A DNA stretch of 64,000 bases from Candidatus Pacearchaeota archaeon (GTDB taxonomy: Archaea; Nanobdellota; Nanobdellia; Pacearchaeales; GW2011-AR1): positions 487 to 64,486 of the forward strand of contig JAPLXZ010000012.1 of NCBI GenBank assembly GCA_026395815.1, written 5' to 3'. The notes below the pieces were generated by a model. The model was not told where the DNA came from. It made no database searches and was given only the letters and a program-made list of their open reading frames with translations. The position numbers and the translations under genes were made by a program. Positions 39,447 to 49,700 of this stretch are shown one piece after another. Within the stretch, counting starts at the first letter, position 1; each line of letters starts with the position of its first letter.

Positions 39447-40103
39447 TTAATTTTTAAACTTGTTTGTTTTCCATCTCAATGGAAGTTTATTATCAAACCT
39501 TATATAATAAAAGGGAATATTATTGGTATAGTTTATCTTTGGATTAGAGCAGTTTAAATTCAATCTTTGGCACAATTTACTTACTTCTTTTATTAGATTA
39601 ATCCTTTTCTGCTTAAATTGTATCCTCTTCTTATAGACGCTACCATCAGTGTCAACCAATCCTGCTAAATAAGCTGATGCATAATTTTTGTTAGTCTCAA
39701 CTATTTTTGGCAGATTTCCTACCTTCTTTTTTCCTATTTCGCTCCCCAAATTTGCAAAATAAAAAAAGAATGCGGCATTCTCTATTCTTAGATAATATGA
39801 ATTTTTCTTCCTTTTGTCTCTATTAATCCTTCCATCAATTAGAAAAAGACTACCTAATAATCCCTTAAGGTAATTAATATATTCTTTACTTCCGGAATAT
39901 ATCCTAAAAAGATAATGATAACCCCCTCTTTTTCTTTCAGTTATACTTAACGAACCATCACCATCTATAACCCCCAATAGATAGGCAATATCCTTGTTTA
40001 CTTTAGGAATTTTTATTTTACTCTTTCTTGTTCTAATTGAATCGGATTCTATTTTGTGGTAAATGTTTCTATTGGACAGTTCTTCAGAAATTCTTTTAAT
40101 CAT
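39447..40103 (-). CDS. Free-standing two-motif LAGLIDADG endonuclease
   Basis: AYLLGVIDGDGS and AYLAGLVDTDGS; both acidic catalytic positions present. Confidence 0.88.
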   Translation of the reverse strand: MIKRISEELSNRNIYHKIESDSIRTRKSKIKIPKVNKDIAYLLGVIDGDGSLSITERKRGGYHYLFRIYSGSKEYINYLKGLLGSLFLIDGRINRDKRKKNSYYLRIENAAFFFYFANLGSEIGKKKVGNLPKIVETNKNYASAYLAGLVDTDGSVYKKRIQFKQKRINLIKEVSKLCQRLNLNCSNPKINYTNNIPFYYIRFDNKLPLRWKTNKFKN

Positions 40104-40188
40104 ATTTAGAGCGTCTGAATTGTAATATACAGAATTACATCTTTTTATATTTTTACTTTTTTAAAAGATTTCTTATTGGCTTTTCATC

Positions 40189-40284
40189 TCAAGAACTCTA
40201 ATCTCGCAAAGTGCAAGAGTTCATTTCATTCACTCTTTTACTTTGCTTTAACTTCAAGAACTCTAATCTCGCAAAGTGCAAGAG
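40189..40284. repeat. 31-bp exact direct duplication from the rps3Ae 3' region
   Basis: TCAAGAACTCTAATCTCGCAAAGTGCAAGAG at 40189-40219 and 40254-40284. Confidence 0.9.
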
Positions 40285-40771
40285 GATAAATCTTTTTTAA
40301 TTTCAAACTCAATGGTCTTTGCACTTGATTTTTTATCACTTCATCGAATAGCTCTTCTGAAGTTTTATCTTTTACATAATTCAATAATTCTTCTCTTGCT
40401 TTATTTCTAAGAGCCTTTCTAATAGCTCTTGATACTTTTCTTCTTGTTATCAAAAATGGCTTTATTCTTATTTGAGCATCTTTGCATGTGGCAGAGAAAG
40501 AATCCTCAACATAATTTGTTCCTTTTCTTATCATTCTTCTCAAGAAATAAGGCATAAGGACAATCTTTCTTGGAACGCCAACAGCTTTTCCATCTTGAAT
40601 GCCGATTTTTAATGTAAGAAGTATACTTTTTCCTTTTAACATCCTCGTTAAATCATATTTGATAAACCTGTTTTCCAATTCTGGAAGTTCATATGCTTGC
40701 AGCTGTGTTTGCTTGCTTATTATAGGCATTTCAACATCAAAAAATCTTTTTTTCTTTTTAGTTTGAGCCAT
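40238..40771 (-). CDS. rps3ae: 30S ribosomal protein eS1 (S3Ae)
   Basis: YFLRRMIRKGTNYVEDSF..LKKIYPLALCEIR. Confidence 0.88.
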   Translation of the reverse strand: MAQTKKKKRFFDVEMPIISKQTQLQAYELPELENRFIKYDLTRMLKGKSILLTLKIGIQDGKAVGVPRKIVLMPYFLRRMIRKGTNYVEDSFSATCKDAQIRIKPFLITRRKVSRAIRKALRNKAREELLNYVKDKTSEELFDEVIKNQVQRPLSLKLKKIYPLALCEIRVLEVKAK

Positions 40772-40772
40772 T

Positions 40773-41084
40773 TTATTCTTGGATTATTTTTCCTGTTCTT
40801 ATACCTTTCTTTTGATATTTAGATTTTCCACAAGCACTACAAGTGTACATGATATTTGTTTTCTTAGTAGTCTTTGTTTTTCTTTTGAATTTTGACATTG
40901 CAGGTTTACTTCCCCATTTTCCTTTATTTCCCATTCCCCTGCCCTTTCCTCTTAATCTTGCTCTGTGTTTTGAACCCCTTGTTAATGTTCCTCTTTGAAA
41001 ACCTGTTCCTACTAACTTTATTTTCTGTTCTGTCTTTTTTTTACAATATGGACAATATCTCTTAGTTGTCTTAGGTACTTTCAT
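40773..41084 (-). CDS. rpl44e: 50S ribosomal protein eL42 (L44e)
   Basis: MKVPKTTKRYCPYCKK..KTTKK..CSACGK. Confidence 0.93.
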   Translation of the reverse strand: MKVPKTTKRYCPYCKKKTEQKIKLVGTGFQRGTLTRGSKHRARLRGKGRGMGNKGKWGSKPAMSKFKRKTKTTKKTNIMYTCSACGKSKYQKKGIRTGKIIQE

Positions 41085-41168
41085 AATGTCCTCACTTCGT
41101 TCCGGATGAAACTTACCTTTGAATTTGGAATTTTCATAAAGAAGAAACAAGAAAAAGCTTTTTAAATA

Positions 41169-41414
41169 TTACCCTGCCTTTTTGGCAAAGATATTTTTGA
41201 TTGTTTCAATCAATCCTTCAGGAATAATTGGTTGTTTAAGGTAAAGTCTTATTCCTATCCATAAAACCAAAATGACTATCAGAGCAATTATTATTGTCTT
41301 TGAACTAGAGCTCTTTCTTCTTCCTGTAAAACTATGACCGCATTTTATGCAGTATGAATCACCTGAATCTGCAGATTTTCCACATCTTGGACAGAACTTT
41401 TTTTGTTTCGCCAT
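41169..41414 (-). CDS. Zinc-ribbon membrane protein
   Basis: CPRCG..CIKCG plus one TM. Confidence 0.75.
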   Translation of the reverse strand: MAKQKKFCPRCGKSADSGDSYCIKCGHSFTGRRKSSSSKTIIIALIVILVLWIGIRLYLKQPIIPEGLIETIKNIFAKKAG

Positions 41415-41452
41415 ATTGTTATATGGTTTTCTTATTTATAAAATTAATCAAA

Positions 41453-41596
41453 TGGTCCCACCAAGAATTGAACTTGGGTTTCATCCATCTCGATGTTTAC
41501 ATCACTTCTTTAAAGGAAGTTGATTGTCAGAGTTAAATCTTGAAGATTTTACTCTACAACGTCAAGGATGTGTCTTAGCCACTGGACTATGGGACC
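41453..41596 (-). tRNA. tRNA-Val(GAC) with 72-nt intron at 37/38 (41559-41488)
   Basis: Acceptor GGTCCCA/TGGGACC; stem CATCC/GGATG; BHB helix TTGA/TCGA with 3-nt bulges and TGT/ACA. Confidence 0.9.
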
Positions 41597-41641
41597 TTAT
41601 TAAATTAAATCGGAAATGTTTAAAAAGTTTGTTTTACAATT

Positions 41642-41836
41642 ATGATTATGAAAAGCGGTTTTAAAACACTCTGGTTTTTATTGCATGCTGTAATTGGATT
41701 ATATCTAATAAATTATCAATTTAAATTTGTAAACCTTGACATCTTTTCTACAATCGACGGATGGATAGTTCTTATCGGCGGCATTTTATTAATAATTGCA
41801 GGTGTAATGTCTCTAAGAAAGTCTGATACTCAATAA
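41642..41836 (+). CDS. Small two-TM membrane protein
   Basis: 64 aa with two hydrophobic helices; TATA-like box upstream. Confidence 0.6.
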   Translation: MIMKSGFKTLWFLLHAVIGLYLINYQFKFVNLDIFSTIDGWIVLIGGILLIIAGVMSLRKSDTQ

Positions 41837-41877
41837 GTTTTGATAAGATTTATATACGTAATTCCCATTATTTTTTC

Positions 41878-43710
41878 ATGCACAATAAAAGAGGGCAAGT
41901 TACTATTTTTATAATAGTTGCAATCCTTATTGTAGCAGGAGTCATAGGTTTTTTTATTCTAAGGCAACAGTTATCAGTCCAATTCATCCCTGCAAACTTA
42001 AACCCAGTTTACAAAACTTTTTTATCATGCTTGGAAGATAAAACTCTTGTTGGGATTGATGTTCTTGAAAGCCAAGCAGGATATATAGAACTGCCAGCGT
42101 TTAAACCAGGAAATTCTTACATGCCCTTTTCATCACAACTTAATTTTTTGGGAAATCCAATTCCATACTGGTACTATGTTTCAGAAAATAATCTTCAAAG
42201 AGAGCAGGTGCCTTCAAAAGAGAAAATGGAAGAGCAACTTAAGAAATTTGTTGAGGATAATGCAAAAAAATGTGATTTTGAGAATGATTATGCAAATGGT
42301 TTTGAAATAGTTCAAGGAGAACCAAAAGCAACAGTAACAATTAGGAATAATAACGTGAATGTAAAGCTGAGCATGAATTTTGATATTGCAAAAGGAGAAG
42401 ATAAAGTTTTAGTAAAAAATCATGACGTTTCAGTTCAATCTAAATTAGGGACATTGTATAATTCAGCAAGAAAAGTCTATGATAAAGAGCAAAAAGAATT
42501 ATTCTTAGAAAATTATGGGGTGGATACTTTAAGGCTTTATGCTCCTGTAGATGGAGTTGAAATTTCATGCAGTCCTAAGATATGGAATGCTGATGAAGTA
42601 TTTAATAATCTAAAAGATGCAATTGAAATGAACACTTTTGCATTAACAACTCAAGCTTCATCTAAAGAAAATAAATATTTTGTTGTTGATGTTCCTGTTA
42701 GCGAACAAGTGAGATTTATCAATTCGAGAAATTGGTCAAATAGTTTTGAAGTTTCTCCTTCTGAAGGAAGTATTTTAATATCTAACCCTGTTGGAAATCA
42801 ACCTGGATTAGGCATCTTAGGATTCTGTTATGTTACTTATCATTTTGTTTATAGTGTTAAGTATCCCGTTTTAATTCAGGTTTCTAGTGGAGATGAAACC
42901 TTTCAATTTCCAGTAGCTGTTGTTATTCAAGGAAACAAGCCAAGAGAAGCATTAAATTCAGAAGCAAAGGCAATTGGCGTTGAATTATGCGCATATAAGA
43001 ACACACTTGTTAATGTTAGGACTTATGACACGAGTTTGAATCCAGTCAATTCACACATATCTTATGAGTGTTTCGGGGAGATTTGTGATATTGGGGATGC
43101 TTCTTCAGGACTTTTAAGTGCTGAATTTCCTCAATGCGCAAATGGTTTTGTTGTAGCAACAGCAACTAATTTTGAAGAGACTAAGCAATTATACTCAACA
43201 ACACAATCAGGAGATGTTAATGTGATTATGGATAAACTTTACAATTTAAACGTCAGATTAAAATTAGATGGAAAGGATTATAATGAGAAAGCAATAATAT
43301 CTTTCACTTCTGAAGAAGGAAATTCCAAAGTTGTTTCTTATCCCGAACAAAAGAGCGTTAAATTAACTGAAACTCAATATGAAGTTCAGGCTTATATCTA
43401 TAGAGATTCTTCAATACAATTCCCTGAGACAAGCTATCAGCAATGCATAGATGTTCCAACTTCAGGCATTGGCGGATTGTTTGGAATGAAAGAAAAGAAA
43501 TGTTTTGATATTAAAATACCAAGTCAAACGATTTCGAGCGTGCCTGCTGGTGGAGGAACACAGCAATATTATCCATTAGAATCTGAATTGAAGAATTCAA
43601 ATACAATTGAGATAAATGCAAAAGGGCTGGCAGTTCCAAAATCACTCGAAGAAATTCAAACTGCTTATGCAGCCTTAGAGAGCAATGGTTTGGATATAAA
43701 TTTGAAATGA
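41878..43710 (+). CDS. Large pilin-like protein with class III signal peptide
   Basis: NKRG|QVTIFIIVAILIV; Cys-rich extracellular region. Confidence 0.78.
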   Translation: MHNKRGQVTIFIIVAILIVAGVIGFFILRQQLSVQFIPANLNPVYKTFLSCLEDKTLVGIDVLESQAGYIELPAFKPGNSYMPFSSQLNFLGNPIPYWYYVSENNLQREQVPSKEKMEEQLKKFVEDNAKKCDFENDYANGFEIVQGEPKATVTIRNNNVNVKLSMNFDIAKGEDKVLVKNHDVSVQSKLGTLYNSARKVYDKEQKELFLENYGVDTLRLYAPVDGVEISCSPKIWNADEVFNNLKDAIEMNTFALTTQASSKENKYFVVDVPVSEQVRFINSRNWSNSFEVSPSEGSILISNPVGNQPGLGILGFCYVTYHFVYSVKYPVLIQVSSGDETFQFPVAVVIQGNKPREALNSEAKAIGVELCAYKNTLVNVRTYDTSLNPVNSHISYECFGEICDIGDASSGLLSAEFPQCANGFVVATATNFEETKQLYSTTQSGDVNVIMDKLYNLNVRLKLDGKDYNEKAIISFTSEEGNSKVVSYPEQKSVKLTETQYEVQAYIYRDSSIQFPETSYQQCIDVPTSGIGGLFGMKEKKCFDIKIPSQTISSVPAGGGTQQYYPLESELKNSNTIEINAKGLAVPKSLEEIQTAYAALESNGLDINLK

Positions 43711-43734
43711 TAATAAAAAAGTAGAAAAATAGTA

Positions 43735-46700
43735 ATGAAAATAAATAAAAAAATTCAACTTGGAGTGCTTTTGCTAATTGTAATTGTACTTAGTTCAATT
43801 TGCATTTCAGCAACATATATGAGTTCAAATCCGCAATATACTCAATATAATGTACAGGGTTCAGGTACTTTTGACAGCTCAATGTGTCAAGCAGGGACTG
43901 ATTTTATAATTCAAATTGCTCATTTTGGATGCACACCTGCAGTTGTAAGAGATGATTTGCTTGAAGAGCAGGATGTTCCTGTTTTTTGTCAAATTGCAGC
44001 AACCCAGATTAATCCATTGATTGATGTTGAAGCAATTGATAGCATTTCTTTTTCAGGACAATATCCTCCAATTGTCAAGGGGATTGGCTTTCATCCTGCA
44101 AGCGCAGCACTTGGAGTTCAAAATGACTTGAACACTCCAATTCTAAGCAATATAGGTTATGTAGTTATTTTATTAAGGAAGCAGACAAACACTTCAGCAA
44201 TTCCTAATTTTGTTATAGGCAATTTAACAGCAAAAATAAAATATGATGTTAAGAATACGCTTGGAGTCGGAAGTGCTTTGTTTTATTTGCCTGAATTTGA
44301 AAATGAAGAAGAATGGATTTCAAAAAAATCACAATATGGATTTTGGAATGGAAAGGGATATTTGAGAGCAGAAGATATAAGCAGCAATGGAGCAACGATT
44401 TCTGTTTACAATGATGCCAGAGAAATTGCAAGCGTGAATTTACAAAAAGGAGAAACTTCTGAAAAAATTGCTATCCCTGGATTTGAATGCACTGCCAGTT
44501 TAAGATTGAAACTTGGAGGATTGGAAAATCCAGATACAAGAGCGCAATTAAGAATTAATGCAGAAGTTATTGAGGTTGGAAAAGGAGAGAAGTTTTTGGA
44601 AAACAAATGCCAAGTAAAAGATTTGAGCAAGAGAGGACTCGTGCAAAGAGTTATTCTTAAATGTCAGGAAGATACAGGAACAAAAACCTTCAGTTTAATA
44701 ATAAGCCCAAGATTAAGCTTTACAATTAACGGAGAGGAGAAAGAAGTCGGTTTAGGAGATTATTTGTATGATAAGGATAGTAGTAAAAAAGTTTTCTTAG
44801 GTTACATAGGAACCAAAGGAAATTCAAACAACCCAGAAGAATTAGGAGTTTATCTTGTTGCACTTCCTAGAACATCTATGGCAGCATTAAGTGAGGCTGA
44901 ACTTTCTTCTATTACTTCTTTAGGAGATTTAATAAATTCTCAAGCAGCATCAAGCGGGATTATTGACATAACTTCTTCAGCAATTAAATCTGTTGCAGGT
45001 TTGGTTAATCAACTTTCTCGATATATAACAAGCGGACAAGAAATTTACAGATTGTATCAGGGAGATGAACAAATTGTTTTTGGCAGGGAAGTTTCTTTTT
45101 CTGGCTTTGCTGATGCACAAGATATAGAACTTGACAGCAGTGTAACGGAATATTATAACAATGCAAAAGAAGATTATGAGACAATCAGAGAAAGTTATTC
45201 TACAGAACCTTACAATGAAAAAGCGAGTTTTGGAGAAGAAGCTTTGTATAATGAGATAGTTCTTGCTTGGGATGCAAGTCAAAAGATAACTGTCTTGGAT
45301 TTATGCGCAGAATTTGAAGATAGCTATCCTAATTCAGAAAAGAAAAAGGAGATAGAAGGATATTGCAAGAATAACTACGGACTTTCAAATCAGGAAAATG
45401 CTGCTAAGCAGGTTACAATCAACGGAGTAAACAAGGAAATTACATTTGATAGAATTTCTGAACCAAATTTGGATGAGTATGGTGTTCATATACAAGTTTC
45501 TAGTTCAAAGGGAAATGATGGCTATGATTTAAAGAAAAATCAAATAATTTATTTAAGCAGTTCTTCAAATGATTTCATCCAACTCATTTCTGCTGATGAT
45601 AATTCTGCTAGTATAAAGGTAAGTGTTGCAACTTCAACTGCTGGCCAAATAATCGAATTAGAAAAAGATGTTATGAAAAAGAGGGGGGATTATTCTCTTA
45701 CTCTTACACAAGTCAACTTAAAGAAACTTGCAAAAGTTTCTGTTATTCCTGGATATGAAAATGCAGGAACAGAAGCTAAGTTTGGATTTAAAATTGGGAT
45801 AGAAAAGAGAAATGTTGTATTAGTTCCAGAAAAGATAAGAGAAAAAATTATTAATATAACTGCACAAATAAACAAATGGCAAAATTATTCGGATTCTATA
45901 GGAAAAGGAGTTGAGGCGCTTAAATCAGCTTGTCTTGTTACAGGTGCAGCATTAGTTGTTAAAAATTTCCTTGCAAATGTTGGAGGAATGGGAATTGCAA
46001 GGCAACAAATTATGAGAGGAGTTGGAGGATGGTTTAAAAAATGTGATGCTTTAGTAGCAAGCGGGAATTACATATCACAAGACGATTGTTTATTGAAAAA
46101 TTCAGACCAAATAGACAAAGATGTAAAAGAATTAAATAATATACTTGGTCAGCAGAATAGTAATATAAAGGAATTGGAAGAAGGAATTACAAAGCAGCAA
46201 TTTTTGACAGAAAGTGTTGTTGATACAAAACAATTCATGAAGAGATACATACTAAGTGTTACAACTTATTTAAACAATAATCTTGAAACAACTATTGTTG
46301 ACCCAAGTGGAAAAGGAGAGCCAATAAACAAAGCAGATATTTTATCAATTCTTTCTTATGCAAATTGGGAAGAAGGAAAATACACTAAGGAGCAATTAAG
46401 AGACATTGAACTTTATGCAAGAATGATGGAAGATGCAAGTGCAAGCCAGGAATTAAGGGATATTGCAAATGCAAGGCTTTATTCTGTTTTATCAGATGTA
46501 ATGGAGAATTCTGCTAATCTTGTTCAGACTACAAACTGGGCAAGTAGTTTAGGTGTTCCACCAAGCAAGACTAATTTCATAGAAGTTGGAGGAAATGTAA
46601 GAAGAGAACCATACCAAGGATTAAAAATCAGTGATATAGGGATGAATATAAATGGTTTTTCTTCAGATACTCCTATTGCTTTAGTTTCTACTTCAGATGG

Positions 46701-49700
46701 AAGAAGATATATAATTGTTTTGGATGACTCTTCTGGACTGCCTCAAATTCCTATAATGAGAACAAGCGATAATAAACTTGCAATTTATGATTCTTTAGGG
46801 GCTTTTGTTGAAAATCCTCCTGTAGAATTAACAAAATTGTATTTTGAAAAGTTTGATTCAACAACTTATCAAAACCAATACAAAAATCCACAGCTTAGAT
46901 ATTATGAAACAGAGCCATATAAAGGATTGCCTGCAATTGTTCCATTTGATTTGAAAAAAGGATGGTATGCTGCTACAAAGCAAACTTTGCCTGTTGGTGG
47001 AAATATACAATCATACGATGCTTCTGGAAGAGTGAGTAGCTTTTATTTGTGTAATGTTGGACCAGATGGATTAGAAGAAAACATCGGTGGAAATGATATT
47101 TGTCAAATGATTAACACAGGAACAGGAATGCCTTACAATGTTTTTCCAGGACTTAGTGAAACAGAAGCAAAGAAGTATGTTGATTGTGGAGTTAGTGCAA
47201 TTGAGCAAGCTTCAAGAGCATATAAATCCGGAATTTCTGGAACCATTAAAATTTCTACTTCTTGTGGAACTGTTAACCCAACAGTTGGCTCGCCTGCAGT
47301 GGATACTCCTCAAATGGAATGCCAAGATTTCATGTCTCCTAAAGAATGTTTGTTGTTATTCAATCTTTGTGACCCTGTAATTTGTCCTTCAAGCAGATGT
47401 GATTTAGGAGGAGCATATCCTGTTAAAGATGTAATTCAATCAGGAATAATTGGAAGTCTTGTCTTATGTTTGCCGAATATTCGAGAAGGAATTGTTATAC
47501 CTGTTTGCCTTACAGGAGTTAAAGCAGGAATAGATGGTTTGTTGTCAGTTATGACTTCTTATAGAGATTGTCTGCAAGAAAGTTTAGACACAGGAAAAAT
47601 GGTTGGAATATGTGATGAAATTTATAGCATATATATGTGTGAATTTTTATGGAAACAAGCATTGCCTATCGCAAATCTTATAATACCAAAAATGATTGAG
47701 ATACTTCTTGGACAGAATGTTAGGGGAGGAGGAGAATATTTAGGAGTAGCAAATGCATGGAGTGCTGCAGAAAAATCAATAAATTATTTTACTCAATATT
47801 ATGGGGCAAATTCAATGAAGGCATTTCAAGCAAGAACAACAGAAGGCTTAGGCACTGAAATTTGCAAAGTATATGTTTCAGGAGTTTATCCAGAAGGAGG
47901 AAATTTACTTGACACTTTAGTGCAGCCAGATTCACCTCCCCAATTCCATGGAAGATTTGATGAGATTCCCTTCACCTCTGCAACTGTTCCCTCAATTTCA
48001 CAATATAAGGTATTCTATCACATTTATGCAGGAAAAGATTCAGGAGTTTATTATAAGGTTTATCTGGCAGGAATTCCGGGCAGTTCATATTACCAAGATA
48101 CATCAGAGACATTGATTGTTGCTTCTGGTTATGTTGCTGTTGGAAGTTATGCTACTGAAACAAAAGATTTTACTGCTCCTTCAGGATATAAGGAGTTGTG
48201 CATAAATGTAAACGGACAAGAAGAATGTGGATTTAAAGAAATTTCAACTTCTTTTGCAGTTAATTACATCGAAGATTTATATTTGCAGGAACAAGCAAAT
48301 CAGACAGACATTCAAACAGAAGCAGAATGCATTTCAGGAACTGCAAGTGCTTATAGTTTGCTAAATCCAAATACAGAAGCAGCAGCAGAAGAACTTATCA
48401 ATCCCGCAATTTACAATGAAGGAATAATCAGAATCTGCGCAACATTAAGTCCTGGAAAAGGAACAGACCCTTATTATGGGACAGAAGATGCAAGATGGAA
48501 GCGAGTTGGTTATTGTGGAGATGAGACTATGAAATGCTGGCTTGACACACAAAGTGTTGAAGATGTAATAATAACAACAACGGTTGAAGGAGAAACCTTA
48601 GAAGATGTTACAGATAGCTATCTAGATATTTTGCAAAATGAAGAGGGATATTTGAGCGAAGAACAATTTGAATCAAATGTTACAAAGATAAAAAAAGAAG
48701 ATGATCCTTCAAAGAGAATAAATCTTATTAATGGGATATTAGAAAAGGTTTTCTTAAATAATGAGAAAGCAGAATTGTTATTGTTAAGAGGAAATGCTTA
48801 TTATGAGATTATGAGAATTGTTTTGAGCAGGGTAATTGTTGAAAAGGAAAAAACCTTGCCAGAAATAATTTCTACAGCCACTCCAACAGAAAATGTCACT
48901 GAATCTTCAATTACAACTCTTCCAGAAATTCCAGAAGAACTCGCTCCAGAGCCAGAATCTGCAATTGGACTTAAAATTTGGCAGACTGCTAAGAATTATG
49001 CTGTTAGCGGATGGGATGAATATAGAGTATTAAGCAGCGGGGCCGAGGAATATACTAATGTTTGCACTAGATTTGTTATTCGTGTAATGATTAAAGCAGG
49101 TGTTACAACTCCTAGAATAGTTGATGTTAGTGTGAAGTCAGGAACTAAAGAACTTAAAGACACTTATACGCCTTTGGAAAATATGGACAGTTTGATTCCA
49201 ATCTTTACAACAAGCAATGATTTTGTGGAAGTGGGTGTAAATAAGTTAGAAAGAGGGGATATAGTTATGTTTGGATTTGGAACCGAAAAAACTCAGCATA
49301 TTATAATCTTTGATAGTTATACATCAGATGGAAAATACATCAATGGTTATGGAGATCCTGGAAAACCACCAATCACTACTGTTTTTGGTGCTAATAATAA
49401 CAAGGTCCAATTAGAAAAATATCCTATTAAATCTTCTAATTCAAACGAATTGTACTTTTATAGAGCATTCAGGTATACAGGAGATTTAAGTGCAGAAGAA
49501 AAAGCAAAGGAAGAAGCAGCAGCAGTAACTCATACAGAAACTCCTGTAGAAGAACCCCCAACAGTAACTGAAACAAGCATGAGTAAGAAAATATTACAGA
49601 CTTCTATAAACCTTCGTGCTCAAGGTTCTACTGGATCTTCTGTTCAATTTGTAAGCAAAGTATTGATTGGAGCAGGAGTGCAAGGAATAACTTCAACTTC

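Noticed and set aside
41085..41150. N-terminal extension of eL42 in the ORF track (likewise eS8 to 52366, uS15 to 31672, oxidoreductase to 4150)
   Set aside because: Family similarity begins at downstream ATGs; the extensions cover promoter or UTR DNA, or overlap the neighbouring gene.
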